Assembly: GCA_964187785.1 (NCBI GenBank)
Contig: OZ076409.1
Span: 13,022,001-13,086,000, forward strand
Source of the DNA: Amphiscolops sp. MND2022
Lineage: Eukaryota
Direction: 5' to 3'
Length of the DNA stretch: 64,000 nucleotides
Part shown: piece by piece, positions 37,331-48,126 of the stretch
Numbering within the stretch: position 1 is the first letter of the stretch
Layout: each line of letters begins with the position of its first letter
The notes under the pieces: model-generated
Database searches by the model: none
What the model was told of the DNA's origin: nothing
What the model saw: only the letters and a program-made list of their open reading frames with translations
Made by a program: the position numbers and the translations under genes

Positions 37331-38557
37331 TCATAATAAATCAAAATGCCTTTGTCCATCACTACTGATACTTATCAGTTTAGGTGTTAGGACTTGGGCA
37401 TAAGCTATATAATCTGCTACATCAATGGCAGCATTAAATTTAATTTCTAACCTAATAGGTTGACTCGCAATATTATCTTTTTGTTTGGATAAATCAAATA
37501 CATAGAAATTATAATTTGTCCTGAATGTATGCAAATCAATAAACGGATTGAGTAGATTAGTTTCACTTTTTAACAAATAGAAGTTTTCAATTTCACTGTA
37601 TGCTTGATCATATTTGTCTCTATCATAATCACATTCTATTCCATCATCGGGATATTTCTCTGATCCTATTTTACAAACAGCATTTGAAACAGGTAAACGA
37701 TCAAATATTGCATTATCATGTGTTTGTGAATCAATTTTATTTCTAGCTTGAAATCCAACAATTACAAAAATTGGTGTTGATTCTCCACTATTACCTAATT
37801 CAAATGTCCAATTGTTATTCGTGTTAACATCTTTTCTAAAAACAACTCGTTCAATATAATACAGTTCAGTTGGATCTTTGTCTAATATTTGATCCATCAC
37901 AAGTTGTTGGTTTTCCATTGATGGTGTGTAGTGTGGAATATACCAGATGTCTTTTATATTTATTTTTGCAGCATCTACACCGTTGTCCCTTATAATGGGG
38001 TCGTTATTATTATTTCGTTTTAAAGTAAGAGTATAACCCAATTCATAAGTTATTTTTTCTTGATCAGCAAATCCAAATATATCACTCAACCTAATTCTAA
38101 CAAAAAAGGTTCCTTTTTCTGTTTTGTTTGTTGTTAGTTCTTGTCTTCTAGTTGCTTGTGATTCTTCAAACCCATACATCAATTGACTTGTTTGTTGATT
38201 AGATGTTAAAAGTTTATACATCAATGAAATTGGGTGTAGATTATCAACTTTTTCTAAATGTTTACCTGAACTAGTAGTTAACTTAGCTTCACTAAATAAA
38301 GCAACGGGTCCAAAATTAACTAAACTTATTTGATCACCATCTGCATATCTTGTATCATCATTTTTAAGAACTTCAAATTCTAATGATACGTATGAGTTTT
38401 GTAAACAAATATATGCATCTTCTCTTGGGAAGATGATGGAAATATTTGAATTATTATTGTTGATTGTAGCTAAACTACTAGGTGAGTATTTAATAAAATC
38501 AATTTTATGAATAGGTTTATCCATAGCATATTTATTTTTCAATGAAAATATTTCCAT
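37331..38557 (-). CDS. Major capsid protein (double jelly-roll type)
   Basis: 408 aa, beta-rich; NSYVSLEFEV...LVNFGPVALFSEAKL and FYVFDLSKQ...IRLEIKF patterns typical of Polinton MCPs; ORF open. Confidence 0.85.
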   Translation of the reverse strand: MEIFSLKNKYAMDKPIHKIDFIKYSPSSLATINNNNSNISIIFPREDAYICLQNSYVSLEFEVLKNDDTRYADGDQISLVNFGPVALFSEAKLTTSSGKHLEKVDNLHPISLMYKLLTSNQQTSQLMYGFEESQATRRQELTTNKTEKGTFFVRIRLSDIFGFADQEKITYELGYTLTLKRNNNNDPIIRDNGVDAAKINIKDIWYIPHYTPSMENQQLVMDQILDKDPTELYYIERVVFRKDVNTNNNWTFELGNSGESTPIFVIVGFQARNKIDSQTHDNAIFDRLPVSNAVCKIGSEKYPDDGIECDYDRDKYDQAYSEIENFYLLKSETNLLNPFIDLHTFRTNYNFYVFDLSKQKDNIASQPIRLEIKFNAAIDVADYIAYAQVLTPKLISISSDGQRHFDLL

Positions 38558-38618
38558 TTAAATAGGAATAAAAATTAGGATTAAAATTTTATACTGATTT
38601 TATTTTTACTTAAAATAT

Positions 38619-39140
38619 TTATCCTAAAAAAGTAAACTCAGAATTTAGTTTAGTTTTATTGTTTTTATACACATCGTATGTTTGTTTTAATTTGTTGTAT
38701 TCATTCAGATCTATTTTATTGTCTTCTAAACATTTCGAATGTAGTTTTTGGTAGTCGTGTAGTGTTCTACCAGCAAGAGTATATTTTTTAATTTTGTGTT
38801 GTTCTTTTCTTTTCAGGTACTCACCAAGAAGTTTACTGATTATACATAAACCTGCACCTATACCACTTGCTATAGGTACAACAAAAAATCCAACTCCTGT
38901 GACACTTAACGTGACACATGTTGATGATACACCCAACACCGACACTCCATCAATAGATTGAATTAAACAATTTATAAGCTTGTATTGTTTACTTTTCTTT
39001 TTATATTTTTTAGCTTCATGATTATAAAAATTTTGAATATCTTTTATATTTTGAATTGAATTATTGAAACTATTTATTTCTTTCAATCGCATATCAAGAT
39101 TATCTGATTCACGTGAACAAGGATACAATTTTTCACTCAT
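38619..39140 (-). CDS. Putative membrane-active protein (adintovirus 'GasderminX'-type)
   Basis: LYP N-terminus, KKY helix, Gly-rich hydrophobic hairpin (TLSVTGVGFFVVPIASGIGAG) and SKCLEDNKI..EY tail. Confidence 0.65.
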   Translation of the reverse strand: MSEKLYPCSRESDNLDMRLKEINSFNNSIQNIKDIQNFYNHEAKKYKKKSKQYKLINCLIQSIDGVSVLGVSSTCVTLSVTGVGFFVVPIASGIGAGLCIISKLLGEYLKRKEQHKIKKYTLAGRTLHDYQKLHSKCLEDNKIDLNEYNKLKQTYDVYKNNKTKLNSEFTFLG

Positions 39141-39164
39141 TTAATTTTAAATAAAAACCTAATT

Positions 39165-39883
39165 TTAGTTTTCAAAAAGTATGAAATTTATCTCGGTATC
39201 GGTTAGTTTCATTCTATATTTAAGGTCAACAATATCTTTGTATTCATCTTTCTTTAAGCACTTCACGATATCTTCTCGCGTTGAATAGTCTAAATCAGAT
39301 AAATAATACTCACCATCTGATGTCTTTATTTCTGTTCCGCATTTTTCCAACAAGTATTCATCACTAAAATATAAGTACTCATTAAAGATTTGGTCTTTAT
39401 TTTCAAATGAGTCAAACAATCCTTTGTTGTATAGCAATTGAATAGTATCTTTGACTGCTTGATTTTTACATTTTTCCAATTCCAAAATAAGGTTTCTCTC
39501 AAAATGATTACGTAAAATGGTTTGTTGTTCTTCCACTAACTTGGCAGCATCCAAAATTATTTTTTTCTTTTCTAAAAATTTATTTTTAACATCTTGTTCT
39601 AAGTATTTCAGGTTGATTTTCAAGTCTTCTATTTGCGTAGCCAGCTTTGCTGTATCTTTATTTATGTCTAAGAATAACTTGCATTGACTACTACCTTGGT
39701 TTCACCATCATCAAAATTAATTTCTTGTACACTTTGTAGGTTTTCAAAGTTTTCTAATTTGTCAGAAATATTAATAAGTTTTATATTAAATAATTTGGTT
39801 TGTGATTCGAATTCTTTTTCTAATTTCTCAATCTTATCTTTTTGTAAGCTTTCGGCACTATAACCAAATTTATGAATTGACAT
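39165..39883 (-). pseudogene. Hypothetical coiled-coil Polinton protein, probably one gene split by a frameshift near 39680
   Basis: 71-aa ORF (MSIHKFG) and 152-aa ORF that lacks an ATG. The downstream frame is open upstream (LFLDINKDTAKLATQIEDLKINL) and overlaps the first ORF's end. Confidence 0.45.
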
Positions 39884-39900
39884 TATTTATTTAAATATAA

Positions 39901-40753
39901 TTACTCATATTGGTGGAAAATATTCATACTTTCTAACGTTTTGTTGTTAGATTTAAAATTGAATACACTTCTTAAAAGTTCTTGTTCATAATAATTTCCT
40001 TCTATTTGTTCGTTATTTTCATCTAAACCATACGTAACTGGGTTAGTATTGTTATTTTTATGTATTTTAAAAAGTTCTCTGTTCCAATTTGTTGTATGAC
40101 CTTTTGAATAAATGTTCCTTTTGTCAGGAACTCTTACATAGTCTCCCACTTGAAATTTGGGTATTTTTCATTTTTATTAATTTTAATATTGATAATTTTA
40201 TTAGTATTGGTAACCATTTCAAATGGTGTCATTTTTGTTGTACCATGAACACGATTATTATATTTTTCCATAGCAGCATCAAGGTGATTCAACCAACAAG
40301 CTTTACCTTCAATGTACATGGGTTCTTTAATTAAGTCTAAAAGTGTTCTATTGAATCGTTCAACAAAAACGGCTTTTAAATCTGAATTAGTTGAATAAAT
40401 ATGAATGTTTTGTTCCTTCAGGAAATCCAAAAATGTTTTATTATAAAACTCTTTACCTCTATCTGACCAAATTTTATGAGGTTTCTATTACTAGTTTCTA
40501 TTAGTTTTTTGAATGCAGTTGTTGTACTTTTTCCTGATTTATCTTTGAGAGGAATTGCCCATGCATACTTAGTATGATTGTCAATTATTGTGAAAATGAA
40601 TTTGTAGTTTTTATTATATTTTGATAAGCTAGACCTGTCTATCAGATCAATACTCCAACACTCATCTTTATAGTGAGTTTGTATTTGAATTCTTTGAAAC
40701 TTCTTGATTACAGGAGAGAATATTTCTTTAACAATTTCTTTCTTTTCATTCAT
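39901..40753 (-). pseudogene. Retroviral-like (rve) DDE integrase, two frameshifts
   Basis: WSIDLID, IDNHTKYAWAIPLK, SDRGKEF (shifted frame), VERFNRTL, YNNRVH, VGDYVRV and YYEQEL spread over three ORF pieces. Confidence 0.92.
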
Positions 40754-40767
40754 TTATTTCCTAATAA

Positions 40768-41802
40768 ATGAATAAAAAATTATATATAGGTTTATTATGT
40801 TTAATTTTTATTATAATTTTGTGGGTGTATTGGTATTATATTAAACCTAATTATTATAAAAAATTATACCAAAAACTAGAACAATTCAAGGGATTTAAAT
40901 ATTCTCATTTAACTAACAAAGAAGAAGAACAAGAACTTACTCCACCAAATACAAATACTAATTGTCATTTTTTGGTGTATGGTACTAGTGGATCAGGTAA
41001 GACTAGTTTCCTTAAGTATTATTTAGATCAAACTAAAACAAATTTTATAGTATTCGGTAGAGATGAGACTGAGTTTAAAGATAATCATATACCTTTGTTA
41101 CAGTTAGAAAATATTGAAATAGAGAAACTTGCTAATAGAACTATAATTTTATATGATGCAGGAGCATTCAAACAACTCAGAACTAAAGTAGAAGACTTAT
41201 TTCGGTTTGGTAGAGACAATAATATACAAGTTATATACCTTGCTCACTATGCAAAGTATGTTCTCCCAATAGTGAGAGAGAATTGTTTTAAATTATATAT
41301 CACAATAAATAATCCAGATAGTTTCTTTGAAACCATAATACAAACTTATTCAATCAAAGAAGATCTCAAATGGAAACAATATCGTAGTCAGTTAGAATTT
41401 GGTGTAATTGAATTTGATACTAGATCACAAAAGTATAAAATACTCAAAAGTATAATCAAAAGTACCAACTAATCTACGATACAACTAAACATAAATGGAG
41501 TCCTGAAGATTATGTAAAATATGAAAGTTATTTCTTTACAGGTGAAGAATATAATAAACTTAAAATATTCCTAGAAGATATGTCAGATCAAACAATTGAA
41601 ATAACACCTTTTAATGTAGCTTATTATTATGTATATTATTGTAAACAAAATAAAAGTGAATGAATCTAAAATAGACAACTACGTTGAACGCATGCAACAA
41701 CCACTAATTTCAGATCAACTTAAAGAGGAATTTAAGAAAATTATAATTGATCAAGCAATCAGGTTTAGTAAAAGTAATTTAAAAATGGGTCTGATTTCTT
41801 AG
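40768..41802 (+). pseudogene. A32/FtsK-like ATPase 1 with N-terminal transmembrane segment; degenerate, frameshifted C-terminus
   Basis: Walker A GTSGSGKT, Walker B-like IILYD, FRFGRDNNI (GRH-like). Coding-like sequence continues in shifted frames to TAG at 41802. Confidence 0.75.
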
Positions 41803-41806
41803 TAAA

Positions 41807-41904
41807 AAATCACTAAGCAAATTCACTAAGAGCATATATTTTTCACTAAGCAAATAAGGTTACACTTAAAACATCATGCTCTTAGTGAATTTGCTTAGTG
41901 ATTT
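41807..41904. repeat. 29-bp perfect inverted repeat built of CACTAAG units
   Basis: AAATCACTAAGCAAATTCACTAAGAGCAT (41807-41835) and its reverse complement (41876-41904). Confidence 0.85.
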
Positions 41905-41925
41905 AGTGATTTTTTTACTAAATAA

Positions 41926-42888
41926 ATGAAGTGTATAATTTGTGGAAAAAGTAATGAAAAATCTGTCTGCTCCGATTGTGAGAATAAAAAAAGATGTAAA
42001 GAATGTAATATACTGAAAACTACAAATGGTACAAATATAAATTGGTATAAATATAGAAATGGTAAATTGTATAGTACATGTATAGAATGTTTCAATAAAA
42101 AAGTAAAATGTGAATTCTGTAATAAAGAATTAAATAAAACTTATTTATCAAAACATTTAAAAAGATGTAATATCAATCATGATAATACAAATAATGAAAT
42201 TATAAATCATAGTGAAAATCATGATAGTAATATTATTACAAATGATGATACTGATAATAATGATAATATTATGTTCACCGGAGGCCAGCAAAGCTGTAAT
42301 CGAACATTGATAGTTGGTCCATCATTTTGTGGTAAGACCCATTTGTTATTAAACAAATTACAATTAATTCGTTTAGATAATCCTGAACAAAAGATATGTA
42401 TCATTACGAGGAGTCCGGAACAATACAATAAAATTGAAATAGAAGATGTTTCAGTGGAAGAAGATTTAGGTGATAAAAGTATTTAGATAAAAGATTTTCA
42501 AAATTGTTGTGTTGTATTTGATGATATGTTAGACTCCAATCAGAAATTAATAGATCCATTTTTTACTAGGGGAAGACATAATGATCTGGATGTTTATTAT
42601 TTATCACAGTCATATTTTGATTTACCTAAAAGAACAATTAGAAACAATAGTAATATTATAATTTTATTTCAACAAACATTGAAAGATGTAGAACACATTT
42701 ATAGAGACATAGCAGGTTTTGATATGTCTAATGATGAATTCAAAAGTTTATGCAGAGAAGCATGGCGGGATAATTATAATTATTTATTAATAAATAGGTT
42801 AGAAGATAAAAATGGGAGTAAGTATATGATATGTAATGAATCCAATATGCAATACCAGATATTTAATCCACAAACTGATCATTTTTAG
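41926..42888 (+). pseudogene. A32-like packaging ATPase 2 with Cys-rich N-terminus; in-frame premature TAG at 42484
   Basis: CxxC pairs, Walker A GPSFCGKT, Walker B VVFDD and TRGRHNDLDVYYLSQSYFDLPKRTIRNN, all in one frame across the stop. Confidence 0.9.
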
Positions 42889-43837
42889 TAAAAGTGCTTA
42901 CTAGGTTTTGATGTTGATTTGTTGTAATACATTGGTATTGTAAAAGTTTATCTGCAATTGCTATGATTTGTTCACTAAGCATAGGATTATCATTTCCTCC
43001 TACTTTTTCAAAATAGAGTAGTTTTAATTGATCTACAAGCTCACCAGGATCCGATGGAAGGAAGACATACTGATTAAATCCACTTCCTAATTGGGATAGT
43101 TGATAAGGAATATGTTGATATATGTATTGATTAATTAAATCTTTAATGAAATAATATCTCTTTGATTTTTTATCTCCATAATTTATATTATATTTCATAT
43201 CATTCAAAAAAGAATAAATTAGATTCACATTTTGTGGTTGCGTGTCTAGCTGTGCATTAGTTATAAAATATTGAAGATCGGGATCATTTAAATTGTATTT
43301 GTTATCACTACTCAAGAAGGTTAGTGTATTATTTTTAATTAGTACTTGTTGAGGATTGATAGGGTTAATTATGAATAAATTTGGATTACCTTCACCGCTT
43401 TGCGTAACAGGTTCTAAACTAAATTGACTTTTGTTTTTGTCATTAAGTAAATTAGAAACTGTCTTGATTATAGTAGAATCAAGTTGGTTGGAATTCACAA
43501 GATCTGTAACAAGTTGATTATTACGGTTAGTAATTTCATCATATTCTTTAATCGATTTTTGTAAATTTTTATTCAAAGCGTTACTCGATTCTCGTATTGC
43601 TTGTGTTGTAGTTTGAGTAGAATCACGTAACGCCTGTAATTGTTTTTCAGATTCTAGCTTGGTTTGGTTTTGACTTTTTTTCTGATTTTCCGTAATAGGT
43701 TCAAAAACTTCTTCCATATCGTAATGAAAGTCTTGCTTCCCTAATTTCTCTTTTAATCTTTCAGCTTTTATTAAAGATTTTGATTCTTGCATTTTTTTAA
43801 ATTTTTCTAAATCATCTCGATTATGAATTGAATACAT
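42863..43837 (-). CDS. Conserved-looking hypothetical Polinton protein
   Basis: 324 aa; C-terminal GSG...LPSDPGELVDQLKLL...GGNDN...IIAIADKL of a type seen in Polinton ORFs. Confidence 0.65.
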   Translation of the reverse strand: MYSIHNRDDLEKFKKMQESKSLIKAERLKEKLGKQDFHYDMEEVFEPITENQKKSQNQTKLESEKQLQALRDSTQTTTQAIRESSNALNKNLQKSIKEYDEITNRNNQLVTDLVNSNQLDSTIIKTVSNLLNDKNKSQFSLEPVTQSGEGNPNLFIINPINPQQVLIKNNTLTFLSSDNKYNLNDPDLQYFITNAQLDTQPQNVNLIYSFLNDMKYNINYGDKKSKRYYFIKDLINQYIYQHIPYQLSQLGSGFNQYVFLPSDPGELVDQLKLLYFEKVGGNDNPMLSEQIIAIADKLLQYQCITTNQHQNLVSTFTKNDQFVD

Positions 43838-43886
43838 AATTTATTATTCATAAAAAATAATATTTAATTTACAGCTCGGCTGTAAA

Positions 43887-44288
43887 TCAATGAATTTTAC
43901 CCAAGTACAGACCTTTTCCTTGATGAACAAATTTTATAATATCAGGAGCAGTTGCGGCTATCATTCGAGGATTTTTACTTGCTGCTGCAGTACCGATATT
44001 AGCTGCGAGTTCTAATGCTCTTCCAGGATTGTTCAAAATTTTCTTTCCGACATTCTTGGCGGCTTTTCCTATACCTCGGAAAAAGTCACCTAATCCTTCT
44101 GCTTGTATAGTTTGATCAGATACTATAAGTGATTTATTTCTTTTACAAGTTGAACAAGTACCTCTTAATAATTTAACAGCTGCTCCAGTTTTTTTATTTT
44201 GAGTAATATCTCCACGAATATTTGTGGTAGCGGAATAATGTTTTCCACCAACACAATATGAATTATTTTTAAATTTACTAAAGCTCAT
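43887..44288 (-). CDS. Small basic virion core/membrane-lytic-like protein
   Basis: YC...GTCSTC N-terminus, amphipathic GLGDFFRGIGKAAK helix and GKGLYL tail. Confidence 0.65.
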   Translation of the reverse strand: MSFSKFKNNSYCVGGKHYSATTNIRGDITQNKKTGAAVKLLRGTCSTCKRNKSLIVSDQTIQAEGLGDFFRGIGKAAKNVGKKILNNPGRALELAANIGTAAASKNPRMIAATAPDIIKFVHQGKGLYLGKIH

Positions 44289-44297
44289 TTAATAGAA

Positions 44298-45393
44298 TTA
44301 AATCTTGATGATTTGAATTGTAAAGGTTAATGTTTCGGAGTTGAAATCAACTGGGTTATGATTGTTATCCTCAAGGAAAAATTGAATACTATCTAACCTT
44401 GTTTTGTTTATTTTTTTATACAAAATAATATTGGGTTCTTTTATAATTTTATTTCCGGGAGGAGCACTAAGATTAAATGAAAATAAAATTTGTTCTCGTA
44501 TACCATTAACAATTGAACCATCTACACAATCACATTTAAGATGAACTTTGTCTGTAGTTGTTATCATAACTGGTTTTTCTGATATATGAGTTCCTTCTAT
44601 ATAGTTTGTATCTGTGAATCCTAGAAGTTCATTTAATTTTGAATTAAAATAAATGGGGTTAGAAGTTGTTAAAACTGATTTCATTGATATTGTATCTGCT
44701 TCAATGTTAATATGCAAAGCACCTTCGGTATTTAAACCATTTATTTTAAATTCTCCATTTGCTTGGTTGTAATATCGTAATTTTTGTTCTATTGCTGTGT
44801 TCAGATCAGTTAGTTCATATATTCCAGGTTGGTTTTATTTCTATTTTCTCATTCATAATGGGGAGATCAATAGTTTCGAAAGATGGGATTTGTATTGTAT
44901 TCACAAGGGATTTGGCATTCTCGTCAATGTTCAGCCATTCTTCATTTTTATATTGACTAATTTTATACTTGATTTTATCAAGATCATTTTTTAGAAGCTT
45001 CTTTTTATTTTTAAATGAGGTATCCATTAAATTATAAACTGTTTTAACAGAATTTGATCGTTTGGTTCTATGAAGGTATTCAATATTCATTACAAGTTTT
45101 GTATCAATCCCATTAAGTTGTTCGTCTGTTAGTTGTATCTGGAATGAATTATTTTTGTTGGTAATATTATATACACTGTTATATACTTCTAAACTTGTTA
45201 CTCCCATCATCCATTGTTCTGGCAGCTCCAAGGGAACATCAAATGAAAAAGATTCTTTTTGTTTATTCATTTTAAATTCTAAAGTTTCTTGTGGTTTGGA
45301 TAAGGTATTTTCAACAATATCCAAATTAGATTTTGCAATACTCAATAAAAGAGATTCTTTTTTATCATAGGTTACAAAATTTGATAGATCCAT
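44298..45393 (-). pseudogene. Minor capsid (penton) protein, one frameshift near 44830
   Basis: GVTSLEVYNSVYNIT N-half. Correcting the shift gives PGIYELTDLN, which runs into HLKCDCVDGSIVNG...PPG...VDFNSET. Confidence 0.85.
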
Positions 45394-45396
45394 TTA

Positions 45397-45591
45397 TTAA
45401 GAGAAAAATTGTTTAAATCCACTTGCGGATATCTTATTTATAAATTCTTGGTTTTGTTTTGATAATTGTTTGTTTTGATTATTTTTTGGAGTATTTTTTT
45501 CTATTATTTTCTCATCAAATTGATTCTCATTGGTATTCATTGGTTTTTGAATAATTTTAAATTGAGCTGAATAATTATCAATTTTCTTCAT
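45397..45591 (-). CDS. Small hypothetical Polinton protein
   Basis: 64-aa ORF tightly packed between the protease and penton genes; TAAATG start. Confidence 0.5.
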   Translation of the reverse strand: MKKIDNYSAQFKIIQKPMNTNENQFDEKIIEKNTPKNNQNKQLSKQNQEFINKISASGFKQFFS

Positions 45592-45598
45592 TTAATAT

Positions 45599-45994
45599 TC
45601 ATAAACTTTGGTAGTATAAATTTAAAACTGCATTTTTGAAGCCTATAATTTTTGTGAGATATAAAACATATAAACAATACGCTGCACAATAACTGTCGTC
45701 TTTCTGGATTTGATATTCTGAATAGATACCATTATTAATTTGTTTTGTTATATTTAGTGGTGGTGGACAGCCATATGAATCAAAATAAAACTCGTTAACA
45801 AACATAACCCAATGTGTTCCTTTAGTTGGATGTAAGTTAACTATACCACTGGTGGTTATAAAGTTATCATCTCTCATATATATTCCACAAGATGCGTTCA
45901 TGAGTTTTAAGATTTCTTTTATTTCTACATTGGAAGTTGCTTCATTTTTTAATCTATATTTATCAACAAATTCTTTGAATGATAAATAATTCAT
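45599..45994 (-). CDS. Adenain-like cysteine protease
   Basis: GTHWV, YFDSYG and QIQ...SYCAAYC (His-Asp-Gln-Cys catalytic set). Confidence 0.92.
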   Translation of the reverse strand: MNYLSFKEFVDKYRLKNEATSNVEIKEILKLMNASCGIYMRDDNFITTSGIVNLHPTKGTHWVMFVNEFYFDSYGCPPPLNITKQINNGIYSEYQIQKDDSYCAAYCLYVLYLTKIIGFKNAVLNLYYQSL

Positions 45995-46351
45995 TTAATA
46001 GTTATATTTCCATGATTATATCTTGGTCAATGAATTTTCCATTGGAAAAACTTGTTCATTAATTTTTATTTTGTTAATTTTTTAGTTGTGAAAAAAGGCT
46101 AGTTTTTGATGATTTGCCTTGAAAAAATGCTAAATTTTAATGATTTTACGAGCTTAAATTTTTTTATTTTTTAATAGTGAAAAAACACCAATTTTATCGA
46201 TTTTTTTTGAAAAAATGCTTAAATTTGATGGTTTGATTAACCTATCAAATTTTTTTAGTAGTGAAAAAACACCAATTTTATCGATTTTTTTTTGAAAAAA
46301 TGGCTAAATTTGATGATTTGGCTGGTCCGAATCGGGAATTTGCATACTACT
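45920..46351. repeat. Polinton right TIR (first copy)
   Basis: Inverted match to 32992-33340; overlaps the protease 5' end; followed by CAAGGC. Confidence 0.93.
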
Positions 46352-46825
46352 CAAGGCTATCAAATTTCCAGGTCCTTTTCCAGATTGTGATGTTACATTT
46401 AGGTAATTTAGGGTTTATGCCTCTCACAATCTGAGAAAACCCGTCTTTATTCGAAAGACAATTTCTCACAAATGACCGATATTTGATTAGCGTTGTATCG
46501 AACAGGTCCCATGAACGATCAGATTTCAGCTTCAGGAACATCTCGGCCAGTACTGCGTTGTGTCGCAGATTCAGTTTCACCACGGGCTTTCAGCAGTGTT
46601 TTTCATTCCAATTCCGTAATTTTCTGCTATGGATTGAAAATGTTCATAGTCAAACTCGCCCCTATTATCCGTTATTATTTTCAAGGGCACTCCAGAATTC
46701 CAAATCCATTGTGATATAAAAGTTAATAAAAGTGTTTGGCGTTTTATTTATAATAACCGCACGGCCATATTTCCACCAAAACAATATGAATTATTTTTAA
46801 ATTTACTAAAGCTCATTTAATAGAA

Positions 46826-47921
46826 TTAAATCTTGATGATTTGAATTGTAAAGGTTAATGTTTCGGAGTTGAAATCAACTGGGTTATGATTGTTATCCTC
46901 AAGGAAAAATTGAATACTATCTAACCTTGTTTTGTTTATTTTTTTATACAAAATAATATTGGGTTCTTTTATAATTTTATTTCCGGGAGGAGCACTAAGA
47001 TTAAATGAAAATAAAATTTGTTCTCGTATACCATTAACAATTGAACCATCTACACAATCACATTTAAGATGAACTTTGTCTGTAGTTGTTATCATAACTG
47101 GTTTTTCTGATATATGAGTTCCTTCTATATAGTTTGTATCTGTGAATCCTAGAAGTTCATTTAATTTTGAATTAAAATAAATGGGGTTAGAAGTTGTTAA
47201 AACTGATTTCATTGATATTGTATCTGCTTCAATGTTAATATGCAAAGCACCTTCGGTATTTAAACCATTTATTTTAAATTCTCCATTTGCTTGGTTGTAA
47301 TATCGTAATTTTTGTTCTATTGCTGTGTTCAGATCAGTTAGTTCATATATTCCAGGTTGGTTTTATTTCTATTTTCTCATTCATAATGGGGAGATCAATA
47401 GTTTCGAAAGATGGGATTTGTATTGTATTCACAAGGGATTTGGCATTCTCGTCAATGTTCAGCCATTCTTCATTTTTATATTGACTAATTTTATACTTGA
47501 TTTTATCAAGATCATTTTTTAGAAGCTTCTTTTTATTTTTAAATGAGGTATCCATTAAATTATAAACTGTTTTAACAGAATTTGATCGTTTGGTTCTATG
47601 AAGGTATTCAATATTCATTACAAGTTTTGTATCAATCCCATTAAGTTGTTCGTCTGTTAGTTGTATCTGGAATGAATTATTTTTGTTGGTAATATTATAT
47701 ACACTGTTATATACTTCTAAACTTGTTACTCCCATCATCCATTGTTCTGGCAGCTCCAAGGGAACATCAAATGAAAAAGATTCTTTTTGTTTATTCATTT
47801 TAAATTCTAAAGTTTCTTGTGGTTTGGATAAGGTATTTTCAACAATATCCAAATTAGATTTTGCAATACTCAATAAAAGAGATTCTTTTTTATCATAGGT
47901 TACAAAATTTGATAGATCCAT
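46826..47921 (-). pseudogene. Duplicate minor capsid gene with the same frameshift
   Basis: Translations identical to 44298-44717 and 44815-45393. Confidence 0.85.
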
Positions 47922-48126
47922 TTATTAAGAGAAAAATTGTTTAAATCCACTTGCGGATATCTTATTTATAAATTCTTGGTTTTGTTTTGATAATTGTTTG
48001 TTTTGATTATTTTTTGGAGTATTTTTTTCTATTATTTTCTCATCAAATTGATTCTCATTGGTATTCATTGGTTTTTGAATAATTTTAAATTGAGCTGAAT
48101 AATTATTAATTTTCTTCATTTAATAT

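Larger units (their letters stand above)
32992..46351. mobile_element. Polinton/Maverick (adintovirus-like endogenous virus), 13.36 kb, full gene set, partly pseudogenised
   Basis: TIRs AGTAGTATGCGAATTCCCG / CGGGAATTTGCATACTACT; 6-bp TSD CAAGGC (32986-32991 and 46352-46357); empty site at 52697-52702; sharp drop in GC; pPolB, capsids, integrase, ATPases and protease present. Confidence 0.97.
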
